Shown here: piece after piece, positions 20,672-30,995 of the stretch
Layout of the letters: every line of letters starts with the position of its first letter
Position numbering within the stretch: position 1 is the stretch's first letter
NCBI GenBank assembly: GCA_021203985.1
Contig: JAJQAB010000093.1
Span: 1 to 56,789 of the forward strand
DNA from: Ruminococcus sp.
GTDB lineage: Bacteria > Bacillota > Clostridia > Oscillospirales > Ruminococcaceae
Direction of reading: 5' to 3'
DNA: 56,789 nucleotides
Made by a program: the position numbers and the translations under genes
The notes under the pieces: model-generated
What the model was told of the DNA's origin: nothing
Seen by the model: the letters and a program-made list of their open reading frames with translations, nothing else
Database searches by the model: none

Positions 20672-21633
20672 ATGGGAGCATTTATAACGATCGGCGCAGT
20701 CATCGGCGGAGCGGCTGTGCTGAGTGCAGCATCGCTGCTTGGGGCAAAAAAAGCTGTTTGACACGATGATTCCACGGCAGATTGAAATCAAAGTGGATCT
20801 AAACGAATTCGCCGATCTGGAAAAATGGGAGGAATACAAAAAGCTGATCGGTCCTCGAAAGGAGTGGCTGACGTCACAGGATTTAGAAGAAATTACCATT
20901 CCCGCGCGGGACGGCGTGCCACTGCATGCGTACTATTTGCCGGCAGAGCAGCCCTCTGAACGTCTGGTCATTGGCTTGCACGGATATACTAGCTGTGGGC
21001 TTAGCAATTTTTGCTCGCACGCTTACTATTTTCACCGCATGGGATTTGACTGCTTGATTCCGGATCATCGTGCCCACGGGGAAAGCGACGGCGATTACAT
21101 TGGCTTCGGCATTCTCGATCGCTTCGACTGCCGCGCGTGGATTGATTATATTGACAAGTGCTTTGACAGCAAAAAGCGCATTCTGCTGCATGGCACTTCC
21201 ATGGATGCGACAACGGCGCTAATGGCGATCGGCGCGGCGGATTTGCCGCAGACAGTCAAGGCGGTCGTTGCGGACTGCGCGTTCACTTCGCCCTATGACA
21301 TCTTCCGCCATATTTTGAAAAAGGACTACCATATTCCGGCGCATCCGGTCATGGATCTGAACGATAAAATGTGCCGCCGGAAGGCAGGCTATGGATTCCG
21401 GGATTACTCCACCCTGACTGCTGTACAGAACACACACTGCCCTGTTTTCTTTATCCACGGCAGTGAGGACAAATTTGTTCCCACCTGGATGACGGAGCAA
21501 AATTATCAGGCTTGTGCATCGCCGAAGGAGCTGTAGTTCTGCGATCGTGCCGGACACGGTTCAAGCTATTACGAAAGCCCGGAGCAGTACGAAAAAAATT
21601 GCGCATTTTGTCGAGCAATGGATTCCGGCATAA
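20672..21633 (+). pseudogene. membrane-anchored alpha/beta hydrolase
   Basis: ATG 20672; frameshift at A7 20746-20752; GTSMD instead of GxSMG; HGSEDKFVP; TAG 21534-21536 before the catalytic AGHG. Confidence 0.85.
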
Positions 21634-21653
21634 GAAAAGGAGAATAACCCGTC

Positions 21654-22194
21654 ATGAAGGATTTTCAGAAGGAATTTGAAGTAAACCACGTTAAACTGTC
21701 GTGCTATCCGCTGTCTGCAGCACAGCGCGTTCACAACTACTCTCGAATAGCATGCCTTTATCAGCAACTTTTGAATATCGGCTCTGGCTTGTACATTCAG
21801 CAGGAAACGGATTTTACACTTTTAAAAAAAGCGATCTACAAAGCGTATGCCAGACAGGATGCCATGCGGCTGCGTTTTTTTGCAGAATGAAAACGGAACG
21901 GTTTATCAATATCTCGTTCCAAACGAGGACAGAGACATTGCGCTTTACGACTTCTCCAACTGGAACGAAGAGGACGCGCACAACGAAATGCGCCGGTGGA
22001 CAGAAATCCCCTTCAAGCGTTTCCATTCGCCAATGAACCAAGTGGTGATAATCAAACTTTCGAACGGCTATAACGGCATTTATACGAAGATGGATCACAT
22101 GACGATGGATTCCAGCTCGCTGATTTTGTTTTATACGAATGTCCTGCAAATTTACTGTGCAAAGCACTATGGAACGGAAATGCCGAAGCCGCTG
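21654..22194 (+). pseudogene. N-terminal half of a stand-alone NRPS condensation-domain protein
   Basis: YPLSAAQR, DAMRLRF, frameshift at T7 near 21880, KMDHMTMDSSS (HHxxxD-like); truncated after EMPKPL. Confidence 0.75.
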
Positions 22195-23547
22195 CACTGT
22201 GCAGTAATCGGCGCAACCAACAGTGCTTATCTCACTGCATATTTCTGTACGGCATGTGCCAGTCATGTGATCGTACCACTCGATGCGCAAATGAAGGAAG
22301 CGGATCTGTGCGATCATCTCTTTCGGGCGGATGTGCAAATTCTCTTCTACGACAGCCGCTATGCACCCATGCTGGAGGCGGTGCGTAAAAATTGTCCTAA
22401 GATGAAACAAACAGTTGCCTTACAGGACGTGGAAAACGCGCTGTGTCTCTCCGAGATTCTGCAGCAATACACGCCACTCGACTGGTCACCGCTCGACCCG
22501 AAGCGCTGTGCGGCGATTCTCTTCACCTCCGGCACGACCGGCAAGAGCAATGGCGTAATGCTGTCACACGAGAATCTTATTGACAACACGATGTGTCAGG
22601 ACGGAGAAAGTTCTCCGAAGAACGTACTGCTGACTGTCCTGCCAATCCACCACGTCTACTGCTTCACCTGCGACATTCTGCTTTCGCTGCGCTATGGCGC
22701 AACCATCTGCGTCAATGACTCGATGATGCATATTGTGCAGAATCTCAAGCTCTTCCAGCCAACAATTATGCTCCTCGTTCCGATGATTGCTGAGACGATT
22801 TACAAGAAATTGCAGGCGGCAGCGGCAAGCTCTTCGGCTTCCCTCCAGGATCTCGCAAACGCAACATTCGGCGGAAAGCTATACGGCTTATACAACGGCG
22901 GCACTTATTTAAATCCGGATTTAGCACAAGCATATATGGACCTAAGAATTCCCATTGTGCAGGGCTATGGTATGACGGAATGCTCCCCGCGAATTTCCAC
23001 CGGCATCCTGTCCGATCCTTGTATCGGCAGCGTTGATACGATTGTGAACGGCTGTACCGTCCGGATTGTAGACGGAGAAATCTGGGCGAAAAGTCCTTCG
23101 GTTATGATGGGATATTATCACAACACCGAAGCAACTGCAGAAGCGCTTACCGAAGATGGCTGGCTGAAAACCGGCGATTTGGGCTATGTAGACGACCAGA
23201 ATCACCTGTACATCACCGACAGAAAAAAGAATCTGATTATTCTGAGTAACAGTGAAAATGTTTCGCCGGAGGAACTGGAAAATAAATTTTCCGGTTTGGA
23301 TTGGCTGTCCGAAGTGCTGGTCTATGCAGAGGACGGACAGATCACAGCGGAGATTTATCCAAATCCAGCGTTCGAGGAAGCATCGAGCCGAGCAGAGACC
23401 TTGCGGCTGTTCCGCGAACAGGTCGAACAAATCAACCGCACCGTTTCCAGCGCAAAGGCGATCCGGCAGCTGTGCGTTCGGGAAACGGAATTCGACAAGA
23501 CCACCTCAAAAAAATTCGCTGGGAACAAGCCATACAAGGAAACTTGA
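22195..23547 (+). pseudogene. fatty-acyl adenylation (AMP-binding) enzyme lacking its N-terminus, fused in frame to the C-domain fragment
   Basis: FTSGTTG, LPIHH, QGYGMTE, KTGDLG; ITGR reads ITDR; terminal frameshift near 23510. Confidence 0.8.
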
Positions 23548-23575
23548 TTTAAGACCAGAATGGAGATCATACGTT

Positions 23576-23935
23576 ATGACTTATGAAGAAATTTTTACCA
23601 TGGCAAAAGAGCGTTTCGAACAATGTGACGTTCACACAATTCCAGGCAATTTGGCGGTACAAATTGACATCATCGGCGAGAGCGAGGGCGCGTTCTATAT
23701 TGCGCTCAAGGACGGCGTGCTGGACGTACAGCCCTACGAGTACTACGACCACGATGTAAAACTCATTGCGACAGCGGAAAACTTTTTGAAAATCGTAGAC
23801 GGCTCTCTCAATGCGGTTCTTGCTTATACGACCGGCAAACTGCGCGTTGAGGGCAGCCTCGAAAAGGCGCTGGAGCTGCAAAAAATCATTGATACCATCA
23901 AAAAAGCAGAAAAGAAAAAGAAAAAGCGCGCTTAA
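23576..23935 (+). CDS. SCP2 sterol/lipid-binding domain protein
   Basis: GGAG RBS; GAFYI, AYTTGKLRVEG. Confidence 0.85.
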   Translation: MTYEEIFTMAKERFEQCDVHTIPGNLAVQIDIIGESEGAFYIALKDGVLDVQPYEYYDHDVKLIATAENFLKIVDGSLNAVLAYTTGKLRVEGSLEKALELQKIIDTIKKAEKKKKKRA

Positions 23936-24016
23936 AAATCGCGGCAGCTGCTCGAAAATTCGCAATAGAAAAGCCGCCTGGCAGACAGCGAATTTATGAG
24001 ATTTTGGTGAAAAGGC

Positions 24017-24045
24017 TTGACATCCACATCGAAAACGTGTATAAT
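24017..24045 (+). promoter_or_regulatory. consensus sigma70 promoter
   Basis: TTGACA-17 bp-TATAAT. Confidence 0.85.
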
Positions 24046-24137
24046 AGACATATCAGGAGCGCTTCTGACGGCATGGGATCGATGGATGCTTTGCTTTTGG
24101 GAAAGGCACTCTCAATTTAAAGAAAGGGACTTGTTCT

Positions 24138-25004
24138 ATGAAATCAATTCGAGCAAGATTGGCTGCTTTTTTGATTGTTTGTACAATTGGAGTAACGTGC
24201 ACAGCCTGTGGTAAAAATTCTGAAGAAAGCAACAGTACAAGTGATGCTGCATCCAACTCTTCCGTAGATGCGGATTCCAGTGATGCAGCGGCAGAGGACG
24301 ATAATGACAGCGATAGCGATTCTGCGGATTCTGAGAGCGCAGATGATAGCGAATCTGCCGATGCGGATACAAACGCCGATGATGATGATGCAGAGTCTGC
24401 GGATGGCGAAATGATCAAACAGGATATGACCATTTCCGACTATGTCGTAGAAGAGTCCAGCTCAGACGTTCCAGTAAATGAGGGAGTCTCCACCAACAGC
24501 TCTGATTCCAGCAGCTCCAGCAGCGATTCGAATTCGTCCAATACTGAGGATGACGGCACATATACGCCGAGCGTTGCCGGAAAGCTTCTGTATTGGCTGG
24601 ATATGTCGCAGAAAGAGGACTATGTATTCAACGGCGACTTCATCGATGTAACGTTCCGCGTAAAGGACGATGCACCGGACGGAAATTACACGATCGGCAT
24701 TGGCGAATGTGACTTTGCGAACTATGATGCCGAGACTGTCACCTATACGACCGTTGACGGCGATATTGCTGTCGGCAGCGCTGAGAAGCTTGAAACCGGC
24801 ACACCGAGCGGAGACGGTACGATCCAGATTGTATGCGAAACCACCGAAGCACAGCAAGGCGATGAGATAACGGTTCGATTCAACATGTCAAATAACCCGG
24901 GAATCGTTGCGCTGATTTTCCGCTTTACTTATGACCAGAACGCATTAGAATTTGTAAGCTATGATGTCGGTGAGGACTGCGCAGACTTTATCGATTTGGC
25001 ATAA
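24138..25004 (+). CDS. lipoprotein with D/S-rich stalk and a cohesin-like domain whose halves are in swapped order
   Basis: Lipobox TAC (Cys24); NG.FI.VTFRVKDDAPDG.Y.I...DG.I.V precedes A..GDEITV..NMSNNPGI.....F.YD..ALEFV. Confidence 0.75.
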   Translation: MKSIRARLAAFLIVCTIGVTCTACGKNSEESNSTSDAASNSSVDADSSDAAAEDDNDSDSDSADSESADDSESADADTNADDDDAESADGEMIKQDMTISDYVVEESSSDVPVNEGVSTNSSDSSSSSSDSNSSNTEDDGTYTPSVAGKLLYWLDMSQKEDYVFNGDFIDVTFRVKDDAPDGNYTIGIGECDFANYDAETVTYTTVDGDIAVGSAEKLETGTPSGDGTIQIVCETTEAQQGDEITVRFNMSNNPGIVALIFRFTYDQNALEFVSYDVGEDCADFIDLA

Positions 25005-25047
25005 GATGACCTCCACATTTGGCTGTATACAGGATAGATTCCTGATC

Positions 25048-25089
25048 AAAAAGCTCGCTTTGATTTTTTACATCAAAGCGAGCTTTTTT
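25048..25089. terminator. bidirectional terminator
   Basis: AAAAAGCTCGCTTTGAT...ATCAAAGCGAGCTTTTT between convergent genes. Confidence 0.85.
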
Positions 25090-25120
25090 CTTTTCGATTG
25101 ATTTGACTGGCGTGCTGTCT

Positions 25121-27730
25121 TTAATCCACGATCACAAGCTTCGAGCCATCATAGTCCACGCGGATAACCGTATCTGGCAGCGGATCATCTGCAATCATTT
25201 TTTTGGCAACTAGCGTTTCCAGCTTCGATTGAATCCACCGTTTCAGCGGACGCGCACCGTAGTTCACATCATAACCCTGTGCGGCAATCGCCTGTTTCGC
25301 CGCGTCTGACACCTCGAGATGCAGATGCTTTTCCACTTCCATTCTCTGGCGCAAGCATTCCAAAAGCAAATCGACAATTTGCAGCACTTCCGTTTTCTGC
25401 AGCGGCTTGTAGAATACAATTTCATCCAACCGGTTTAAGAATTCCGGACGGAATTGTTGCCGCAGCAGCGCGTGCACTTCACCCTTTGCCTGATCAGAAA
25501 TCTGACCGGAATCATCAATCCCCTCCAAAATATTAGGCGATCCCAAATTCGATGTCAGGATCAGGATTGTGTTTTTAAAGTCAACGGTTCTGCCCTGCGA
25601 ATCCGTAATTCTGCCATCATCCAGAATCTGCAGCAGAATGTTGAACACATCCGGATGCGCTTTCTCGACCTCGTCCATCAGAACAACCGTATACGGCTTC
25701 CGGCGAACGGCTTCTGTCAACTGACCGCCTTCATCATAGCCGACATATCCGGGAGGTGCACCAATCAGACGGCTCAAGCTAAACTTCTCCATATACTCGC
25801 TCATGTCAATGCGAACCATACTGTTCTCATCATCAAACAGTGCTTCCGCAAGCGCTTTTGCAAGCTCTGTTTTTCCGACACCCGTAGGCCCCAGGAACAA
25901 GAAGGAACCGAGCGGTCGATTCGGGTCTTGAATTCCGGCACGTGAGCGCAAGATCGCTTCGCTCACCTTTTCCACCGCTTCGTCCTGTCCGATCACGCGC
26001 TGATGCAGAATCTCTTCCATGTGCAGCAGCTTTTCGCGTTCGCTCTCCATCAGCTTCGCGACTGGGATGCCCGTCCAGCGTGCCACAATTTTCGCGATTT
26101 CCTCTTCCGTCACACGATCGCGCAGCAAGGAATCCCGTTCGGTTTTTTGCCGCTCCGCCAGAACTTCTTCCTCCGCAAGCGATTTTTTCAGCGCAGGAAG
26201 TTTGCCATATTTCAATTCCGCCGCCTTGTTCAAGTCATATTCCCGCTCGGCGCGCTCGATTTCCGCATTGACCTGTTCCAGCTCCTCACGAAGCTTCTGC
26301 ACCTTGGAGATTGCATCCTTTTCGTTTTCCCATTTCGCCTTCATTGCGTGGTATTGATCGCACATTTCGGAAAGTTCCTTTTGTACCTCCTCCAAATGCG
26401 CCTGTGACAGTTTGTCGTCCTCTTTTTTCAACGCCGCCTCTTCGATTTCGTGCTGCATGATTTTACGGCGTATTTCGTCCAGCTCCGTTGGCATCGAATC
26501 CATTTCCGTTCGAATCATGGCACACGCTTCGTCCACCAGGTCAATCGCCTTGTCCGGAAGAAAACGATCAGTAATATAGCGGTCGGAAAGTGTTGCCGCA
26601 GCAATCAGCGCCTGATCCTGAATCTTCACGCCGTGGAACACTTCGTAGCGTTCTTTTAAGCCGCGCAAAATCGAAATCGTATCCTCCACGTTTGGCTCGT
26701 CCACCATAACCGGCTGAAAACGGCGCTCTAATGCCGCGTCCTTTTCGATGAATTGCCGATATTCATTCCGCGTTGTCGCGCCGATACAGTGCAGCTCGCC
26801 GCGCGCCAGCATCGGTTTCAGCAAATTCCCTGCGTCCATTGCACCGTCCGACTTCCCCGCGCCGACAATCGTATGCAGCTCGTCAATAAACAGGATGATA
26901 CCGCCATCGCTCTTCTTTATCTCTTGCAGTACCGCCTTCAGACGCTCTTCAAACTCACCGCGATATTTTGCACCAGCAATCAAAGTGCCCATGTCCAGAG
27001 AAAAGATCTTGCGATCCTTTAAATGATCCGGCACATCGCCGCGCACGATCCGCAGTGCAAGGCCTTCTGCGATGGCTGTTTTTCCAACGCCCGGATCGCC
27101 GATCAAAACCGGATTGTTTTTGGTCTTTCTGGACAAAATTCGTATCACATTCCGAATCTCACTGTCCCGCCCGATCACAGGGTCGAGCTTCCCGGTGCGC
27201 GCTTGTTCCACGAGATCCTGTCCATATTTGGACAACACATCATACGTCTCCTCCGGATTCTGATCGGAAACGCGTTGGTTGCCACGCACCTGCATCAGCA
27301 CCTGCAGGAATGCATCCTTTGTCACAGAAAACAGCTTGAAAACTTCATTTAGTGCCGCATCCGCCGCATCAAACAAGCCAAGCATCAAATGCTCCACAGA
27401 AACAAAGTCATCGTTCATGCGCTTCGCTTCCTTTTCCGCCGCGTTCAGCGCGCGATCGGTCGCCTGTGTCACATAGACCTCGTCAGGCTTGCGTCCGCTG
27501 CCAGTCACCGCCGGCAGTGCGTCAATTTTGTTTTTCAGCTGAATCTGCACATTGTCCACAGCAATTCCCATTTTTTCAAAGAGCTGCGGAATTAATCCGC
27601 CCTCTTGTCCAAGAAGTGCGCTGAGTAAATGAACCGGTTCAATTTGCTGATTTTGATTTTCGATTGCCAGGCTATTTGCCGCCTGAATCGCTTCCATCGA
27701 TTTTTGTGTTAATTTCTGTGCATTCATCAT
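25121..27730 (-). CDS. clpB: ATP-dependent chaperone ClpB
   Basis: [24 protein letters not shown], coiled-coil M domain, [23 protein letters not shown]; AGGAGG before ATG 27730. Confidence 0.97.
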   Translation of the reverse strand: MMNAQKLTQKSMEAIQAANSLAIENQNQQIEPVHLLSALLGQEGGLIPQLFEKMGIAVDNVQIQLKNKIDALPAVTGSGRKPDEVYVTQATDRALNAAEKEAKRMNDDFVSVEHLMLGLFDAADAALNEVFKLFSVTKDAFLQVLMQVRGNQRVSDQNPEETYDVLSKYGQDLVEQARTGKLDPVIGRDSEIRNVIRILSRKTKNNPVLIGDPGVGKTAIAEGLALRIVRGDVPDHLKDRKIFSLDMGTLIAGAKYRGEFEERLKAVLQEIKKSDGGIILFIDELHTIVGAGKSDGAMDAGNLLKPMLARGELHCIGATTRNEYRQFIEKDAALERRFQPVMVDEPNVEDTISILRGLKERYEVFHGVKIQDQALIAAATLSDRYITDRFLPDKAIDLVDEACAMIRTEMDSMPTELDEIRRKIMQHEIEEAALKKEDDKLSQAHLEEVQKELSEMCDQYHAMKAKWENEKDAISKVQKLREELEQVNAEIERAEREYDLNKAAELKYGKLPALKKSLAEEEVLAERQKTERDSLLRDRVTEEEIAKIVARWTGIPVAKLMESEREKLLHMEEILHQRVIGQDEAVEKVSEAILRSRAGIQDPNRPLGSFLFLGPTGVGKTELAKALAEALFDDENSMVRIDMSEYMEKFSLSRLIGAPPGYVGYDEGGQLTEAVRRKPYTVVLMDEVEKAHPDVFNILLQILDDGRITDSQGRTVDFKNTILILTSNLGSPNILEGIDDSGQISDQAKGEVHALLRQQFRPEFLNRLDEIVFYKPLQKTEVLQIVDLLLECLRQRMEVEKHLHLEVSDAAKQAIAAQGYDVNYGARPLKRWIQSKLETLVAKKMIADDPLPDTVIRVDYDGSKLVIVD

Positions 27731-27747
27731 AGCTCCTCCTAAGTCAT

Positions 27748-27798
27748 AGGCAGCGCCGCACCGTGATCCATTCAAGTTGCGTTATGTGCAGTGCCGCC
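27748..27798 (-). promoter_or_regulatory. 5'-UTR hairpin, motif copy 3
   Basis: mRNA GGCGGCACTGCAC...GTGCGGCGCTGCCT ending 7 nt before AGGAGG. Confidence 0.6.
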
Positions 27799-27871
27799 GC
27801 TGTATTTTTTGTAAAATCGCCCGAAACGCTTTCCTGGCGATCCATCCCCTGACGTTCCTCAAAAACCTACA

Positions 27872-28543
27872 CTACAAATTCGGACGATTATGCTCGCGTG
27901 CCGCTAGATACTGCTGCTGCAGTACATGCTGCAATATGACTGCCGGCAATTCTTGCTGTAAGCCGGTCACATACGACTGCAGCACCGCATGGAACGTCCG
28001 AATAAAATTCCCGACCGCCGCACCGAAAGCCGCATCGTCTGCAAAATCGCGCCGCATCAAAACGCGAATCATTCGCCCATCTTCGATTTGGTACAAATTC
28101 AGCACATCCGTCCCATCCGGGTTTAGGCGTTGTTCCATTTGTACCCAAAACTGGAAAAAGGACTGCATCACCTGCAGAAACGGCTGGCTTTGCGTACGGC
28201 ACGATATTTTTAAGTATCCTGCCGTCTGATCCCGCTGATCTCGTGTCAGTTCCACGCGATAGCGAATGGTCGGACGATATTTATAGCGCAGCGCGCCAAA
28301 AATCAAAAGCATCGCATCCGACCCCTGCTCCTGCACGCGAAACTCCTTGTCCATTTGCTGCGCCACACAGGAGAATACCTGCTGCATCTGCTTTTCCGGC
28401 GTGAGATACCCGACATGCTCCGCAAGGATTTGATTGATATAATTCGACCGGCTCGTCCCCTGCTGCTGTGCCAGTACGTCAATTACCGCAACCACATCGT
28501 CCATCAAAATCAGACTATACATGCTGCGTTCCATGGGCATCAC
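27872..28543 (-). CDS. ribbon-helix-helix (CopG-like) N-terminal domain protein
   Basis: YSLILMDDVV..ID.LA...GTSRSNYINQIL; LRYKYRPTIRY.VEL. Confidence 0.65.
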   Translation of the reverse strand: MMPMERSMYSLILMDDVVAVIDVLAQQQGTSRSNYINQILAEHVGYLTPEKQMQQVFSCVAQQMDKEFRVQEQGSDAMLLIFGALRYKYRPTIRYRVELTRDQRDQTAGYLKISCRTQSQPFLQVMQSFFQFWVQMEQRLNPDGTDVLNLYQIEDGRMIRVLMRRDFADDAAFGAAVGNFIRTFHAVLQSYVTGLQQELPAVILQHVLQQQYLAAREHNRPNL

Positions 28544-28718
28544 CTCATCTCTTCTCTTTTATTATACCACAAAAACATAACTTGTCAAGCGAATTATATA
28601 AGCATAGATCAAAATTTTTGATTTATAAAGAAAATCCGCAGGAAATCCCACGGTTTTTCTTCTATATTAAAAAAATACAATCGAAATGTAATATGTGTAG
28701 TTTTTTGATTCGAAAGTA

Positions 28719-29481
28719 TTACTTTGTATCAAAAACCATTTCCTCGTACTTGAAGAGGGACAGAATTACGGTCAGGTTGCCGTTGAGCTTCCACAGATCA
28801 TCGATAAACTGCTTCTGATCGACCGTTTCCTTGATTTCAACAACATAAACCAATTCGAACAGTGAACCATAACTTGTCGTCTTTACGCGCTTCAGCTTCC
28901 AGCTGGTCGTATTTTGATCCAGCACGCTGTCGAACAAGCCTGCATAGTTCAAAATCTCCGGGATCGTAATTTTCAGCGTCATCGTGCTGGTCTTGCAGCG
29001 ACCATATCCGACCGATTCCACAATGATCAAAACAGCAGCAATCACCACATAGAATACGAAAACAACCCAGTGATTTTCGCTGATTCCACAAATCACGCCA
29101 GCCGCCATTGCGAAGAAAACATAGGTAACGTCTTTCGGGTCTGCCGGAACGGTACGATAACGACACAATGTGAACACGCCAGCAAGGCTCAATGCACTTG
29201 CGGTGGAATTGATCATAACCAGAACAATTGCGACAATCGGCGGCAGCATTAACACAGTCAACATGTAGCTTTGCGAATAGCCACTCTTCCGATGCGTGAA
29301 AATGTATACCAAACTAATCAAAAAGCCGAGCAGGACGCCGAGTCCTAATGCCCACAGCAATTCTGATGTGGGCATGCGTATAGTTCGAATAGTCATTAAG
29401 CACCGAATCCACTGCATCTGATGCAGTTGTCGTAAGCGATGTAAGCGAATCGGTCAATCCAGAAATCCATGTACTAAGCAT
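28719..29481 (-). pseudogene. DUF4956 membrane protein, frameshifted near 29380
   Basis: ALSLAGVFTLCRYRT, FFAMAAG, LKITIPE.LNY, GSLFELVY; ATG 29481 is out of frame. Confidence 0.75.
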
Positions 29482-30251
29482 AATCGTAACGTCTCCTTTT
29501 TTCAACTTGAATTTTCGGCGCGTCCCAGTCCTTTTGCTTTTGCGAATAAATCTGATAGGCACGTCCGTATTTTGAAAAACTGGTCTTATAAATTTGAAGG
29601 GATGCGAGCTTTTCCGCCAGCCACAGCGGCATCGAATCGGCGATTTTGACCTCCATCAATCTAGCATCTTCCGGAATCAGCAGCTCGCCATAGCTTTTCT
29701 GCGACAAAGTCACGTCGCTTCTGCGCACAGTCAATGTACGATCGAATGTCAAGTGAAAATCCTTGTCGTCCTTCCCGAAATACGCTGCGCGCTGATAGCT
29801 GATATACTGCTTTGACGCAACATCGTAATTCCTTCGAAACTCCTCGATTTCGTTCATCACCTGCTCCTGCAAATACTTGCCACCCAAATTCGGGCGCTCA
29901 TGATGCAGCATGTAAGCATCCGCCTGTGCAAGCGTCATCGTTACGCGGCGCTTGTTGACAATTCCGCCGATTTTTTTCTTACTCTCCAAAAAAACCGTGT
30001 CGTCCGGGTTTGCCGGCGAAAGATAGCTCCGAAGGCGAATCTTTTCTTTATAATACGGTTTAGAAAGCGATTCGCGAATAAAAAAAATAATCCGGCGTGT
30101 CGTAATAGATATTGTAGATCCCGTACTCTTTCCCATCGACACAGAATTTGTCCGGATTCATGTATTGTTCGAGAAGCGGCAAAAACGACTGATACTGCTG
30201 CACAGTCAGAAGGAATTTGATTTCTTTTCTTGCAAAGGTTTGTATCGGCAT
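29474..30251 (-). pseudogene. VTC-domain polyphosphate polymerase, frameshifted in a homopolymer near 30083
   Basis: RKEIKF, IYNIYYDT then KEKIRLRSY, FLE.KKK, TFD, LMEVK, SFSKY. Confidence 0.85.
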
Positions 30252-30541
30252 AATCTGCCCCACTTAGCTGATCCCAACGTGGGTTCCTCCTTTCCTATCA
30301 ACTGTTGTTATTATAGAACACAATGCTTGAAATAATCTTAATCTTTTTAGTGAAATCTCCAATTTCAAAAAATAAACCGCTCGATATGGTTGCATTTTTA
30401 GAAGGCGTCCTGTATAATAAGGAATATGCACCATCGGAAGGTGTATGGATCATCGGATGGTGCAATTTTTGATCAAGCAGTTTGAAACGGCATGCGCGAT
30501 TCCCAGCGGCTTTTCAAATTGTAAAAAGAGGAGTAGCGATT

Positions 30542-30775
30542 ATGGCAGAATTGAAGTATGAAATCACAGAGCACATTGGCGTCATTGGTGAAAACACAAG
30601 AGGCTGGAGCAAGGAACTGAACCTTGTCAGCTGGAACGAGCGCGAGCCGAAATATGACATCCGCGACTGGGCGCCTGATCACAGCAAAATAGGAAAGGGT
30701 GTAACGCTCTCTGCAGATGAGATTGCTTCTCTGAAAGACTTGTTGGCAGGCATTGATTTTGATTCGTTTGAGTAA
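30542..30775 (+). CDS. ydbC: YdbC/PC4-like ssDNA-binding protein
   Basis: GWSKELNLVSWN, KYDIRDW, GKGVTL; GAGGAG RBS. Confidence 0.85.
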   Translation: MAELKYEITEHIGVIGENTRGWSKELNLVSWNEREPKYDIRDWAPDHSKIGKGVTLSADEIASLKDLLAGIDFDSFE

Positions 30776-30995
30776 TCTGCCGTCTTTTGTGTTGCGGACA
30801 AAACAGAAACAAAAGCAGCTCAGTTTTCGCTGAAGCTGCTTTTTCCTTGCCGCAGATCATGATATTGCTCAAATTTTCGCGTGAAAGCTGTACAGGATCA
30901 ACAAAAAATCACAAATTCTCTTGTGATTTTTGCGCGAAATGTATTACAATAAATGTGTATGTACTTTATAGAAAGAATAGAAAGAAGGAAATCTG

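Noticed and set aside
21847-23547. 566-aa ORF as a functional novel bidomain NRPS
   Set aside because: The C domain is half-length, the A domain lacks its N-terminus, both ends are frameshifted and core motifs are mutated.
25279-27624. Many plus-strand ORFs opposite clpB and similar antisense ORFs elsewhere
   Set aside because: These are shadow frames of real genes caused by codon bias, with no RBS or motifs.
27731-27871. CIRCE or CtsR operator upstream of clpB
   Set aside because: Neither TTAGCACTC-N9-GAGTGCTAA nor GTCAAA heptad repeats were found.
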